Origin: Bryobacterales bacterium
GTDB lineage: Bacteria; Acidobacteriota; Terriglobia; Bryobacterales; UBA6623
Direction: 5' to 3'
Assembly: GCA_965263255.1 (NCBI GenBank)
Contig: CBDHHA010000008.1
Span: 4,549,987-4,613,986, forward strand
DNA: 64,000 nucleotides
Below are positions 26,363-37,100 of this stretch, in pieces. The notes beneath the pieces were generated by a model. It was not told the origin of the DNA, ran no database searches, and saw only the letters and a program-made list of their open reading frames with translations. How positions within the stretch are numbered: the first letter of the stretch is position 1; every line of letters begins with the position of its first letter. The position numbers and the translations under genes were made by a program.

Positions 26363-27805
26363 ATGCGCCGAGTCTGTTTGTTCCTGCTTCTCACGGCCTT
26401 CCATTCGGGTGCCTCCGCCCAGGTGCCCGATCAGCCGAACTTCATCGTCATCTTCGCCGACGACCAGGGCTGGGGCGATCTGGGCGTGTACGGCCACCCG
26501 GACATCCGGACCCCGCACATCGACAGCATGGCCCGCGAGGGCATCCGCTTTACGAGCTTCTACGCGGCGCCGTTCTGCGGGCCTTCCAGAGCTGCGCTGA
26601 TGACCGGCAGCTATCCGCCCCGCGCGAGTCTTGCCTTCAATCACGGCCCGAAGGCGAGCACTGGAATCCACCCCGACGAGATCACGGTAGCCGAGTTGCT
26701 CAGCGAACGCGGTTACGCGACGCGGATGATCGGAAAGTGGCATCTGGGCGACGCGCTGGAGTACCTGCCGCACCGTCATGGGTTCGACAGCTGGTTCGGC
26801 ATTCCTTTCTCCAACGACATGTGGCGCTATCACCCGGTCATGCCGGTCCGCGAGCCCGAGGACGAGCGGATGGTCTCCGCCCGACAGCGTGCGGAAATGA
26901 CCGGTTTCGCCGGCAGGGGGTCCTACTACGACTTGGAGAGGGGCCAGGGCTTCCCTCATCCTTTGCCGCTCATGCGGGACGACGAAGTCGTCGACGAGGA
27001 CCCGGACCAGCGCCGGCTCACGACCATGTACACCGAATTGGCCTTGGAATTCATCGAGGAGCACAGCAGCGAGCCGTTCTTCCTGTACCTGCCCCACGCG
27101 ATGCCGCATGTTCCGCTGTTCGTCTCGAACCAGCGCTGGGGCCGGTCGCTGCGGGGCCGGTACGGCGACGTCATCGAGGAGCTGGACTGGTCCGTCGGGC
27201 AGATCCTGGACAAGCTCAGGGAACTCGCGATTGACCGCCGGACCATGGTGGTGTACACCTCCGACAACGGCCCGTGGCTCCAGTACGGCATCGACGCCGG
27301 CTCCGCCGGCCCGCTGAAGCTCGGCAAGGGGACCACGTGGGAGGGAGGCATGCGCGTGCCGGGGATCTTCTGGATGCCGGGCTCGATCCCCGAGGGCCGG
27401 GTGAGCTCGGCCGTGGCTGCCAACATGGACCTGCTGCCCACGTTCGCGGGCCTGGCCGGCGCGGAGCTTCCGGCAGATCGCGTGCTCGATGGCCGGGACT
27501 TGTGGCCGCTGCTGAGCGGGGCCACCGACGAGTCGCCGCACGAGTACTTCTACTACTTCGCTGGCAGTGCTCCGGGAAATCCGATTCGCCTGCAGGGTGT
27601 CCGAAAGGGGAGGCACAAGCTCCGCATCGGCCGGTCTGGGAGCGGCGAGCTCGAGGCCCGGGGCCTCTACGACCTGCTGGCGGACGCTGGGGAGGAGTTC
27701 GACATCCGGGACCGGCATGCCGCCTTGGCCGAGAGCCTGCTCGAGCAGGCAGGGAGATTCCTCTCCGAGCTCGAAGCCGGGGTTCGGCCGTTGGGCGGCC
27801 GCTGA
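26363..27805 (+). CDS. Arylsulfatase (formylglycine-dependent)
   Basis: ATG 26363 gives the signal peptide MRRVCLFLLLTAFHSGASAQ. FIVIFADDQGWGD is followed by the C-x-P-x-R motif FCGPSRAALMTG. The upstream 121 codons of ORF 26000..27805 are antisense to the dehalogenase gene. Confidence 0.85.
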   Translation: MRRVCLFLLLTAFHSGASAQVPDQPNFIVIFADDQGWGDLGVYGHPDIRTPHIDSMAREGIRFTSFYAAPFCGPSRAALMTGSYPPRASLAFNHGPKASTGIHPDEITVAELLSERGYATRMIGKWHLGDALEYLPHRHGFDSWFGIPFSNDMWRYHPVMPVREPEDERMVSARQRAEMTGFAGRGSYYDLERGQGFPHPLPLMRDDEVVDEDPDQRRLTTMYTELALEFIEEHSSEPFFLYLPHAMPHVPLFVSNQRWGRSLRGRYGDVIEELDWSVGQILDKLRELAIDRRTMVVYTSDNGPWLQYGIDAGSAGPLKLGKGTTWEGGMRVPGIFWMPGSIPEGRVSSAVAANMDLLPTFAGLAGAELPADRVLDGRDLWPLLSGATDESPHEYFYYFAGSAPGNPIRLQGVRKGRHKLRIGRSGSGELEARGLYDLLADAGEEFDIRDRHAALAESLLEQAGRFLSELEAGVRPLGGR

Positions 27806-27842
27806 CCGCCTCCTCCCGGCGACGGGCAGCCGGGTGCAGGTC

Positions 27843-29186
27843 TCAGACGGATGGCGGCATGCCCAGCGACCATTCCCACGCCGACTGGACGGCCACGCCA
27901 GGGGGCGCCTCGTCCGGATACCCGTCCGCGGTCAGCGTCAGGATGCGCTTGCAGGCATCCGGCCGGGCGGTGCCTGCCGACTCCAAGGCGCGGATCTCCC
28001 GCCGGGCCGTGGCAGGATCGGACAGGTCGGCACACGCTTGGATGAGCTCCTCCTCCCCGCCCGGTCCGCGCGCAAGAAAGTCAACTTCGAACCCTTCCTC
28101 GGTCCGAACGTAAGTGACCTCGAATCCTCTCCGCTCGAGTTCCACGAGCACTGCCGTCTCGAGGGCGTGGCCTAGGTTCGCCCGGCCCGTCCTGTCGAAG
28201 ATCGGGATGAGGCCCGTGTCTACCGGATACGCCTTGCGCGGGTTCACCATCCGCTGGCGCTCCGACGCCGATTCCATCCAGATCACGCGCACCAGGAAAC
28301 TGTCATCGAGGTGATTGAGCAGTTGATGCACGGAATCCTTCCCGATCGCTATTCCCTGCGATTTCAGTGCCCCGTAGAACTTCTCGACGCTGAACAGCGA
28401 CCCGGCGTTGCCGAGCAGCTGTCGCACCAGCCAGCGAAGTCCGGTCACGTTTCGTACCTCGTGGCGCTCCACGACATCCCGCAGCATCGCGACATCCACG
28501 TAATCCCGCAGCAGCTTGCGGTGCTGGGACGGTTCAATGCCCTGGGCTTCCGGGAACCCTCCCGTCCGCAGCCAATCCATGTAGGCCCGCTCCATCGAGA
28601 GCCTGTCGCGAGCCGTCAGTGCAGTAGCCTCGAGAGGAATGTTGGCCCCTCTGTGCCGGAGTGCCTCCTCAAAGCTGAACGGATGCAGGAGCACGCTCCA
28701 CCCGCGCCCGCGAAGCGCGGTCGCGATTTCCTTGGAGAGCAAGGCTGCGGAGGAGCCCGTGACAACGACGGCGTCCCCCTCGGATTCGAGGAGGCGCCGA
28801 ACGAATCGCTCCCACCCGCTCACTAGCTGAATCTCGTCGAAGTGCCAAGTCACCCCAGCCTGCGGGCCGGCTCCCGGGAACAGTCGGTGATACTCGTGAT
28901 GCAGCAGGCCCAGATCGGAGGCCTCCAGGCCTGCAAGACGCTCGTCCTCGAACGACACGAACGGAAGCATCTGAAGGGGCATGCCTTCTCGAACCTTATC
29001 GAGGCGCATCTGGTGCAGGAGGGTCGTCTTGCCCGCCCGGCGGACTCCGACAACCGCCGTCGCCTTGCCCGGGAACTGGACTGGCCCGCGCACGTTGCGA
29101 GGCGTCAAGTCCGCCAGCGACTTCCGCGCGGAGTCCGCAAGAAGGTCCCTGAATACCTGCCTCAATGCTGGATTCGTGACCGCCAC
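27843..29186 (-). CDS. AAA_14 + DUF4143-type ATPase (function unknown)
   Basis: GTG start with AGGTGA upstream. Walker A GVRRAGKTTLL and Walker B-like DEIQ (HFDEIQLVSGWERF). The C-terminal half resembles the DUF4143 region of this widespread ATP-binding protein family. Confidence 0.75.
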   Translation of the reverse strand: MAVTNPALRQVFRDLLADSARKSLADLTPRNVRGPVQFPGKATAVVGVRRAGKTTLLHQMRLDKVREGMPLQMLPFVSFEDERLAGLEASDLGLLHHEYHRLFPGAGPQAGVTWHFDEIQLVSGWERFVRRLLESEGDAVVVTGSSAALLSKEIATALRGRGWSVLLHPFSFEEALRHRGANIPLEATALTARDRLSMERAYMDWLRTGGFPEAQGIEPSQHRKLLRDYVDVAMLRDVVERHEVRNVTGLRWLVRQLLGNAGSLFSVEKFYGALKSQGIAIGKDSVHQLLNHLDDSFLVRVIWMESASERQRMVNPRKAYPVDTGLIPIFDRTGRANLGHALETAVLVELERRGFEVTYVRTEEGFEVDFLARGPGGEEELIQACADLSDPATARREIRALESAGTARPDACKRILTLTADGYPDEAPPGVAVQSAWEWSLGMPPSV

Positions 29187-29201
29187 TTCGTCAACTTCAC
29201 C

Positions 29202-29216
29202 TTATCATAAGGATAA
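29202..29216. promoter_or_regulatory. Inverted repeat TTATC-N5-GATAA in the AT-rich region just upstream of the ATPase start
   Basis: It is read directly from the sequence and lies 16-30 nt upstream of GTG 29186 (minus strand). An operator or promoter role is speculative. Confidence 0.25.
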
Positions 29217-29470
29217 TATTTAATGATTTTGTCATTTTTGCAAGATTATATGCGCAGCCTTCGATCAAGAATCCGGGAAACCTCGCTCGGGGTGCAGTGC
29301 CGATAGGTCTACGAGCGCCTTGGGTGTGGATTCGCCAGTCTACGTGCATGCTAGTCGGCAACAACTGCCGCCGGCTCTCCGGCCGAGCGGTCGAAGCGCG
29401 GCCGATGCAGACAAGCGCGCTCCAATGCAGGTGTTGCATTCACTTCACCTGTGCGTGAGATGAATATTCA

Positions 29471-29503
29471 GCACATTTCTCACTGTGACAAGGAGAAATG
29501 TGC
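29471..29503. repeat. Perfect 11-bp inverted repeat (GCACATTTCTC-N11-GAGAAATGTGC)
   Basis: It is read directly from the sequence, in the 455-bp spacer between the PSCyt gene stop (29642) and the ATPase start (29186). Its function is unknown (protein-binding site or terminator-like hairpin). Confidence 0.5.
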
Positions 29504-29641
29504 CCTAGCGCTTCGAGTCGGATGCGATGCGACGCACTGCTGGCAGGTCAGACGCGCGATAGGGTCGCAATCGATGCGCCCGCCCCGAGGACTGGCCGGG
29601 GACCCTCTGGGGAATCAGCGCGGGCCAAATCACGGCCGCGA

Positions 29642-32600
29642 TCATTCCCGGGTGATTGCCTCGTCCAGATTCAGGACGACCCTAGCCACGGCTGTCCATG
29701 CGGCCCACTCCCGCTTCGGCCCTGCGGCAATCGCGTCGCCCGCGTGCGTCGATCCCCGGACCAGCGCCCTTGCGTCCTTGTCGCTCCTGGCGAATCGCGT
29801 GCGTGCCCTTCGAAGCAGGGACAGCAGCTCCGTGCGCTCGGCCCGCCCGGGACTGCGCGAGAGCACCCTCCGGAACAGGAACTCCGCCCGCTCGCTGTCG
29901 TTTGCCCCTCCCACGGACAGCACGGCCAAGGCCAGAGACCGGGCTGCTTCGACGAAGGTGGTCTCGTTCAGAGTGATGAGCGCTTGCAAGGGCGTGTTGG
30001 ATCGCTCCCTGCGCACGCAGGAGAACTTTCCCGACGGCGCGTCGAAGGTCTCGAAGACAGGGTAGGGCACGGATCGGTAGCGGAACACGTACAGGCCCCT
30101 GCGGTATCGCTGCCGACCCTTCGCCACGGGCCAGCGCTTGGGCCCGTAGCTGGCTGGCGGACGGAACAGGAATGCCGGGGCGGGCGGGTGGACGGGTGGA
30201 CCGCCCAGATCCTTCGACAGGAGGCCGCCGGCAGCCAGTGCGATGTCCCGGACGGTCTCCGCATCGACACGGAAACGGCCGGCCCTCGCGAGCAGGCGGT
30301 TGCGGGGATCGCGTTCCAGGAGGGAGGCAGGGATCCGCGATGACTGCCGATAGGTTGCCGAAAGGACGACCAGCCTGTGAATGTGCTTGAGGCTCCAGGT
30401 GTTGTCCATCAGCTCGACCGCCAGCCAGTCAAGCAGTTCCGGGTGGGAAGGTCCGGCGGAGCGCAGGCCCAAGTCTTCGACCGACGCGACTAGCCCGGCG
30501 CCGAAATGGCCGTGCCAGATTCGGTTGGCCACGGCCCTCGCCGTGGTCGGCGCATTGCGGTCGACCAGCCATCTGGCGAGTTCCAGCCTGCCGGGCTTCG
30601 AGTCTCCGGCAGGGCCGGGGTGCATGGAGGACGGCACGCCCGGCTCCACCGCCCCTGCGGGTCTCAGGAAGTCCCCGCGCATCAGCAGGTAAGTGGTGCG
30701 CGGCTGCTCACGCTTGACGCTGACGAGCTGGCTCGTCCCCTCGGGATGCTGTTCCCAGAGGCGCTCGATACGGTGCCTTGCGGCATCCCATGAGGGCACG
30801 GTAGAGAGCCAGTGTCGGAAGACGGCCGCTTCCTGCTGCGGGCTGCGCTGGCTCCCGGGGACGCTCGACACGATCCGCCTGACCTCAGCCGGCAGGGGAT
30901 CCGCCACGGCGCCCGGAGCGTGGGTGACGGAGAACCGGAAGCGTCCCAGGTTCTGCGAATGGTCGGCGTCGGTGTCCGAGCCGCCGTGCTTCATCGCCAG
31001 GTTGAAGCGGATCAGCGAGGGTTCGCGGACTGCGATCGGTTCCGCAAGCTGGAACACGGCCTTGCGATGGACGTTGCGTCGCCCCGGCCCGGAATCCGTG
31101 TGCCAGGCCGTCAGATCGTCGCCATCGATCGCGAGGCTGATGTCCCCGACGACGCGGGACTTTCCGTCCGCCTGCGGGAACAGTGCGGCGTCCAGGGTCC
31201 GGACCGGCGGATTGACGTCCGCGCTCGCCTGTCGTATGCGTACCGGTTCCCAGACATCGGGAGAGGCCTGGGAAGCGAAGTCGATCGTGAACTCGCTGAG
31301 GGCGGCCGTTCCCCGGAAGGACCGCCCCGGCCCGCCCAGCGGCAGCCGCGGATCGGGTATGAGTTCCAGCCGGACCGCCCGGATGACGCCAGCCTCGATG
31401 GCGGCCGTCGGGCTCACGACGCTCTGGGTCGGGGCGAATCCTTGGGCGAGGATTGACTTGTCGGGCAGGGACTGGTACTTCTCGCCGCTGCCGAGTTCGA
31501 TGCGCGCGTCGAGCGGCACCCAGGCCGGCTGGTCCCCGGCTACCGCCGCCTCCCACCCTCCCTGCCTCTCACGCCAGTCGGGAATGCTCCGGCGGAGCTC
31601 GCGCTCGACCGCCCTGATGCCTTCGAGCACCCTCTGCCGCTGCCGCTCCTCGTCTCGGTCGTAGACAGCCTGCGTGGCGTCGTAGGAATCGTTGAGCATC
31701 GCAAGCATGCGGTAGTAGTCGCCTTGCGAGATCGGGTCGTACTTGTGGTCGTGGCACTGAGCGCACTGGATCGTCAGGCCGAGCACGGCCTTGCCGATCG
31801 CATCCATGCGGTCGAACAGCGCTTCCATGCGGAACTGCTCGGGATCGGCACCTCCCTCCTCGTTGGCCATCGAGTTCCGCAGGAAGCCGGTAGCGACCCT
31901 CTGCGGCTGCCCTGCGCCCGGCAGCAGGTCGCCCGCCACCTGCTCGATCACGAACCGGTCGTACGGCATGTCCTGGTTGAGCGCCTCCACGACCCAGTCG
32001 CGGTATGCCCATACCGCTCGGGGCCGGTCCTTCTCGTAGCCGTTCGAGTCGGCGTAGCGAGCCGCGTCAAGCCATGTGCGCCCCCATCGCTCTCCGTAGT
32101 GCGGGGAGGCGAGCAGACGGTCCACCAGCCGCTCGTAGTACCCCGGGTCGTTGTCCGCGAGGAAGGCGTCCAGTTCCCCGGTCGTCGGTGGGATTCCTGT
32201 GAGATCGAGGCTGGCCCTGCGTATGAGCGTCTCCTTGCTGGCGCGTGGAGACGGCTCCATGCCGGCCGACTCAATGCGGGCCAGGACGAAGCGGTCGATC
32301 GGATTCTCGATCCATGCCTCGTCGCCGACTGCAGGCGGCCGCTGCCTCTCGGGCGACGTGTAGGCCCAGTCCGGGGGCAGTCGCGGCCGCGCCGTGCCAT
32401 CCTCGGGCCAGGGCGCACCCTCCTCGATCCACCTACGGATGAGGGCAATCTCCTGCGGGGCCAGCCTGCCCCCCATCGGCATTCGCTCGCGGGTGCCCAG
32501 ACCGGCCACCCTGCGATAGAGCTCGCTCCCTTCCGGGTTGCGCGGCACGACCCTGCGGCCGTTCGCACCTTCCCCGAGCGCGGCCTCTCGGTCGTCGAGC

Positions 32601-32764
32601 CGTAGCCCCGCCTCGGCTTCGCCCGTTCCGTGGCAGCCGTAGCAGCGCTCGCGGAAGACCGGCTCGATATCGCGGGCGAAGTCGACGTGCTCCGGATCGT
32701 GCGAACTGCAGGATAGCGCGGCCAAGGCCAGGCCGCTCAATGTCCCGGCACGCACAGCCTTCAA
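29642..32764 (-). CDS. PSCyt1-DUF1549-DUF1553 protein (planctomycete-type cytochrome c domain protein)
   Basis: The N-terminal haem motif is FRERCYGCHG. The DUF1549 region is ENPIDRFVLARIE...LIRRASLDLTGIPPT...LLASPHYGERWGRTWLDAARYADSNGYEKD. The DUF1553 region is RAVANRIWHGHFGAGLV...PSHPELLDWLA...LSATYRQSS. Confidence 0.85.
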   Translation of the reverse strand: MKAVRAGTLSGLALAALSCSSHDPEHVDFARDIEPVFRERCYGCHGTGEAEAGLRLDDREAALGEGANGRRVVPRNPEGSELYRRVAGLGTRERMPMGGRLAPQEIALIRRWIEEGAPWPEDGTARPRLPPDWAYTSPERQRPPAVGDEAWIENPIDRFVLARIESAGMEPSPRASKETLIRRASLDLTGIPPTTGELDAFLADNDPGYYERLVDRLLASPHYGERWGRTWLDAARYADSNGYEKDRPRAVWAYRDWVVEALNQDMPYDRFVIEQVAGDLLPGAGQPQRVATGFLRNSMANEEGGADPEQFRMEALFDRMDAIGKAVLGLTIQCAQCHDHKYDPISQGDYYRMLAMLNDSYDATQAVYDRDEERQRQRVLEGIRAVERELRRSIPDWRERQGGWEAAVAGDQPAWVPLDARIELGSGEKYQSLPDKSILAQGFAPTQSVVSPTAAIEAGVIRAVRLELIPDPRLPLGGPGRSFRGTAALSEFTIDFASQASPDVWEPVRIRQASADVNPPVRTLDAALFPQADGKSRVVGDISLAIDGDDLTAWHTDSGPGRRNVHRKAVFQLAEPIAVREPSLIRFNLAMKHGGSDTDADHSQNLGRFRFSVTHAPGAVADPLPAEVRRIVSSVPGSQRSPQQEAAVFRHWLSTVPSWDAARHRIERLWEQHPEGTSQLVSVKREQPRTTYLLMRGDFLRPAGAVEPGVPSSMHPGPAGDSKPGRLELARWLVDRNAPTTARAVANRIWHGHFGAGLVASVEDLGLRSAGPSHPELLDWLAVELMDNTWSLKHIHRLVVLSATYRQSSRIPASLLERDPRNRLLARAGRFRVDAETVRDIALAAGGLLSKDLGGPPVHPPAPAFLFRPPASYGPKRWPVAKGRQRYRRGLYVFRYRSVPYPVFETFDAPSGKFSCVRRERSNTPLQALITLNETTFVEAARSLALAVLSVGGANDSERAEFLFRRVLSRSPGRAERTELLSLLRRARTRFARSDKDARALVRGSTHAGDAIAAGPKREWAAWTAVARVVLNLDEAITRE

Positions 32765-32830
32765 TTGTAGGGGCGCACGCTCGGGAGATTGTCCGGCCGG
32801 AACTCGGCTGCCTTCGCCTTGGCCAAGGCT

Positions 32831-34096
32831 CTATGGACCCGCGGCGGGTATGGCCCGCTGCGCTGTCACCGGTTCGTTCGAGGCTCCCGCCGCGGACGCG
32901 GGTGCTTGCGACGACCGCAGCGCTTGGTACGTTTGCAGCGCCTTGCGCATTTCCGCGGTCTCTCCGAGCGCCCGATGGGCCTGTGCCAGGCGGTAGTGGG
33001 ACACGTGGTTGCGGCCGTTGATCGCGATTGCGGTACGAAGGTGCGCCAGCGCCAGCTCGGGCTGCCCCAGGCTTGTAAGCACCCCTCCAAGGGCGATCTG
33101 CGCCTGCTCGAACGCCGGGTAGGACTCGACCGCCTGCTCGAATAGCCTCCGGGCCCTTTCCATCTCGCCGCCCTTCCGATGGATCTCGCCCAACTCGTAC
33201 GCGGCATTGGCGTTGGTCGGATCCCCCCTCAGCTCGAGCTCGAACTGCCTCACCGCCTCGTCAACTGCCTCGGGCCCCTGGGCCGCCCGCAGCAAGGCCC
33301 GGCCCAGCCGGTAATGAATCCCACGCTGGCCGGGGTTGATCTCCAAGGCCCTGCGATACTCGGCAGCTGCCCTCTCGTACTGCCCGTCGCTCTCGTAGGC
33401 CTCTCCCGCGGCCTGCTTCGTCCAGACCGAATCGGGAGCAGCCTTGGACATCTGGCTGACCGTGACGTATGCCAGGTGCCCGAGCAGCCGCCCGGCGTGA
33501 TAGAGAACTTCCGGATCCTGCGGATACAGCTTCGTCAACTTGAGCGCGACCTCGACCGCCTCGTGATCGCGCGCCAGACCGCTGTACGACCGCTGGAGCT
33601 GAAGCCCGGCGAGCCGCTTGAGAGCCGGATCGGCGACGGACGAGAAGGAACTCTCCAATTCCGGGATCGCTTCCCGGAACCTGCCCAGCTCGCTGCGCGT
33701 GGCGGCGAGCAGGAGGGCGACGTTGGGCATCCCGCGCTTGAGCTCGACTGCCCGCTCCAGCGCGGGCGCCGCCTCCACGAATCTTCCCTGCTGGAAGTAG
33801 CTGAATCCCAGGCTGGCGTGTAGTTCCGGTATGTCGGGGCCAAACTCCAGGGCCTTCTCGAGTGCCCGCGAGGCATCCGCGTAGCGGTTCTCGATGATCG
33901 CCTGCTGGCCCTCGCCGAAGTGCAACTGGAGCAGATCGCCGGGCGGGGCGGTCTGAGCCGCTAGGCTCAGGGCCGACAGCAGCGCCGCGAGTCCGGATGC
34001 TCCCCGCCAGAACAGCACGCGTCCTCGCCCGCAGTCAGCCCAGTTGGGTCCGGGCGGATTGGCCGAGGCTGGTTCCGGGCGGAGCATCGGCTCCAT
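32831..34096 (-). CDS. TPR repeat protein, secreted (paralogous in architecture to 3350..5215)
   Basis: It has a hydrophobic leader (GLAALLSALSLAAQTAPP) and several TPR units (e.g. AAYELGEIHRKGGEMERARRLFEQAVESYP). It lies 51 nt downstream of TBDR-2 and 66 nt upstream of the PSCyt gene on the same strand. Confidence 0.75.
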   Translation of the reverse strand: MEPMLRPEPASANPPGPNWADCGRGRVLFWRGASGLAALLSALSLAAQTAPPGDLLQLHFGEGQQAIIENRYADASRALEKALEFGPDIPELHASLGFSYFQQGRFVEAAPALERAVELKRGMPNVALLLAATRSELGRFREAIPELESSFSSVADPALKRLAGLQLQRSYSGLARDHEAVEVALKLTKLYPQDPEVLYHAGRLLGHLAYVTVSQMSKAAPDSVWTKQAAGEAYESDGQYERAAAEYRRALEINPGQRGIHYRLGRALLRAAQGPEAVDEAVRQFELELRGDPTNANAAYELGEIHRKGGEMERARRLFEQAVESYPAFEQAQIALGGVLTSLGQPELALAHLRTAIAINGRNHVSHYRLAQAHRALGETAEMRKALQTYQALRSSQAPASAAGASNEPVTAQRAIPAAGP

Positions 34097-34147
34097 GGTT
34101 CGCAGGCCCGCATTCCCTGTGGAAGCGGGCCTGCGTATATTCGGAAT

Positions 34148-37100
34148 CTACCAGACGACCTTGAGACCCATCTGGTTGATCCGCGCTGCGCGCGTGCCCG
34201 TGATGCGGCCGAAGTTCGGACTCGCGCGATTCCGGTTGGGCGGACTCCATTGCGTGTGGTTGAATGCGTTGAACGACTCCAACCGCAACTGCACGCTCAG
34301 TCTCTCCGTTACGAAGAAGTTCTTGAACAGGCCCGTGTCGAAGTTGTTGATGCCGGGTGCCTCCATGATGCTCCTGCCGGAATTTCCGAGGATCCCGCGA
34401 GCCGGCTGCTCGAACGCGTCGGTGTTGAACCAGCGGTCGATCGTGCGCTGCGAGGCGGCCAGCTCGTGGTCGCCGACCACGTTCGCCCGGTTGGTTCCGA
34501 AGGTGTCGTTCAGGCCACCGAGGTCGGCTGCCTGAATCGTCATCGGGAATCCGTCCTGGAATGTCACGATGCCGTTGATCTGCCAGCCGCCGAGCACGTG
34601 ATTGGCGATTGCGGGGATACCGGACAGGAACCTCTTGCCGCGGCCGAACGGAAGCTCGTAGACGAAGCTCGTCACCAGCCTGTGGTCCACGTTGAAGTCC
34701 GACAGGCCGTAGTCGCGCCTGAAATCGTGGTTGTCGAGGAAGCCCTGCCAGCCGGCCACCGCCCCGCCCCTGCCGATGCCCGCGGCGGCGGACTTCGTGT
34801 CAAGGCTCTTGGACCAGGTGTAGGCCGAGGTGAAGATCATCGTGCTGGTGCGCTTTTCGAACTTGAAATTGAACGCGTTGTAGCTCGAGACGCCGCTCCA
34901 GTCGCTGTCGATGTAGACGCCGAAGTTCGGGTGCGGCTTCCGCGCGGCCACCGGACAGTCGCGAAGGCCCTCGTTGCCGGGAGTCCCGCAGAACACCGGA
35001 TCCTGCATCTGCAGCGCCTGCGCAATGTTCCGCCGCATCAGCAGGTGGGTGCCCTTGGTGCCGACATAGCTGAAGTCGATGATGGTGGTGCTGTCAAGTG
35101 CACGCTGGAGGCCGAAGGTCCATTGCGTGACGTAGGGGTTGCGCGGCTCCGGCGACATGCTGACCGCTAGGAAGGTGTTGAACGCCGGGTCGGCCGGATC
35201 GCCTACTCGGATTGCCGGGAACATGTTGTCGCTGGACCGCAGGGTGTTGCCCGGCCCCTCGCCGCCTGCGACGGTCTGCTGGTAGAGCCCGCGGCTGACA
35301 TAGGGGTAGATGTCCGACGCTCCGTCGATCTCGCGGCCCTCGGCGGAGTCGAAGAACACGCCGAAGCCGCCGCGGATCACAGTCTTCTCGTCATCGAACG
35401 GCCGGAATGCGAAGCCGAAGCGAGGGGCGAGCACGCGCCTCGACGCGTCGTACGGGTTCGGGCGGCCGGCGAATCGGTAATAGGACTGGTCGCCGACAAT
35501 GCCCTTGTCGACCAGGTTCTGGTCCGCGACCATCAACCCGCCGGCAGGGTTGGCGAGGTCTCGCCAGCCCATTCGGTCGTTGGTCTCGTTCGGGACGGTG
35601 CGGAAATCGTAGCGCAGCCCCAAGTTGAGAGTCAGGCGGGAATTGACCTTCCAGTCGTCTTGGAAGTAGGGAGCGAAGTACAAGAAGTTGAAGTCGCGGG
35701 GATTGCCTGCTTGGTCGCCGACCGCGAACCCGCCGGGCTGGAAGACGCTGGCGTTGCTGTAGTAGCCCAGCAGCATGTCAGCCACGGCGTGGTCCCAGTT
35801 CGCGTCGCCGGTGAAGAATCCGCGATAGGTAAACTGGCCCAGAAAGTCGTTCGCGAGATCCCGCTGAAGCGACCACTGCCGGAAGTTGGCGCCGAACTTG
35901 AACGTGTGGTTGCCGCGGATCCAGGTCGAGCCGTTCGAGATGTCCCACATGGGCTGGTTGCTTGCCTGGTAGTCGTTGACGGCGCTGCCGCCGCCCGAAA
36001 GGCCGGAGCCGTTGCCGCCGAAGCCGACGCCCGGGTACGAGCGCTGTTCCTCGTTCAGGTTGGTGAACACGCCGCTCAGGGCTAACGTGTCGATATCCGA
36101 CTGTTCGGCCAAGGCCCCGTGCTGGTTGGCCAGGGCGCGAACGTACCCGAAGCGGGACTCGTTGACGAAGGTGGCGCCTAGCGGGACCGTGTGGGAGATC
36201 TGCCAGTTCTCGGTCTCCTGCACGAAGAACACGTCGCCGAGATCGGTCGTGTTGCCGAGCGTGATGGCCGTGTAGTCTGAGTTGGTGAAGCGCCCGAAGA
36301 GGTTCCCCCATCTCCCGAGATTCTGGTCGACCCGGATCGTGTACTGGTCGACGTCCGTCGGAAGCGATCGCTGCCGGAGGTAGTTGCCGCGGTCGGAACT
36401 CGAATTGGGGCTGGGAATGAACTTCGAGACCACTAGATTGGCCAGCCGCGAATTGCGGCTCTTGGGCACGCGGTTGTCGGGGAACGGCACTGTCGGAGCG
36501 CCGACCGGGCCGCTAAGGGGGTCGAGCACGGGCAGGGGCATCGCGTCCCGGTTCGGCCCCTGGTAGCCCGTGAAGATTCCGTCCAGCTGGTCCTGGGTGG
36601 GCACGTTCAGGAACGCGAGCGACGCCCGGCGAGTGCGACGCCCTTCGAAGTTCGCCAGCCAGAACGTCTTGTTCCTGACGGCCGGGCCGCCGGCCACGAA
36701 TCCGAACTGGTTCTGGCGCAGCGGGTTCTTCGGTGTGTCGGAGAGGTTGTTGAAGAACGTGCTGGCATCGAGTGCGTCGTTGCGCAGGAAATGGAACAGC
36801 GTGCCGTGCAGCTCGTTCGTCCCGGTCTTGCTCACGATGTTGATCTGGTTCGCGCTGAAGCCGTACTCGGCGGAATAGGTCGCGGTCTGCTCCTTGAATT
36901 CCTGGATCGCGTCGATTGACAGGATCGCCGCGGGCGTCCCGAGCGCCGTGTCAGTGTTGGACGTGCCGTCCAGCAAGTAGTTGTTCGAGGTCGGGCGAGC
37001 GCCGTTGATGCTGATGGCTCCGCCGGCGTCCCGCCGCATGCTGGCCTGCTCGCCGCTCGTCTCGACTGCTCCGTTGCCAAGAAACAGGAGTTGCAAGAAG

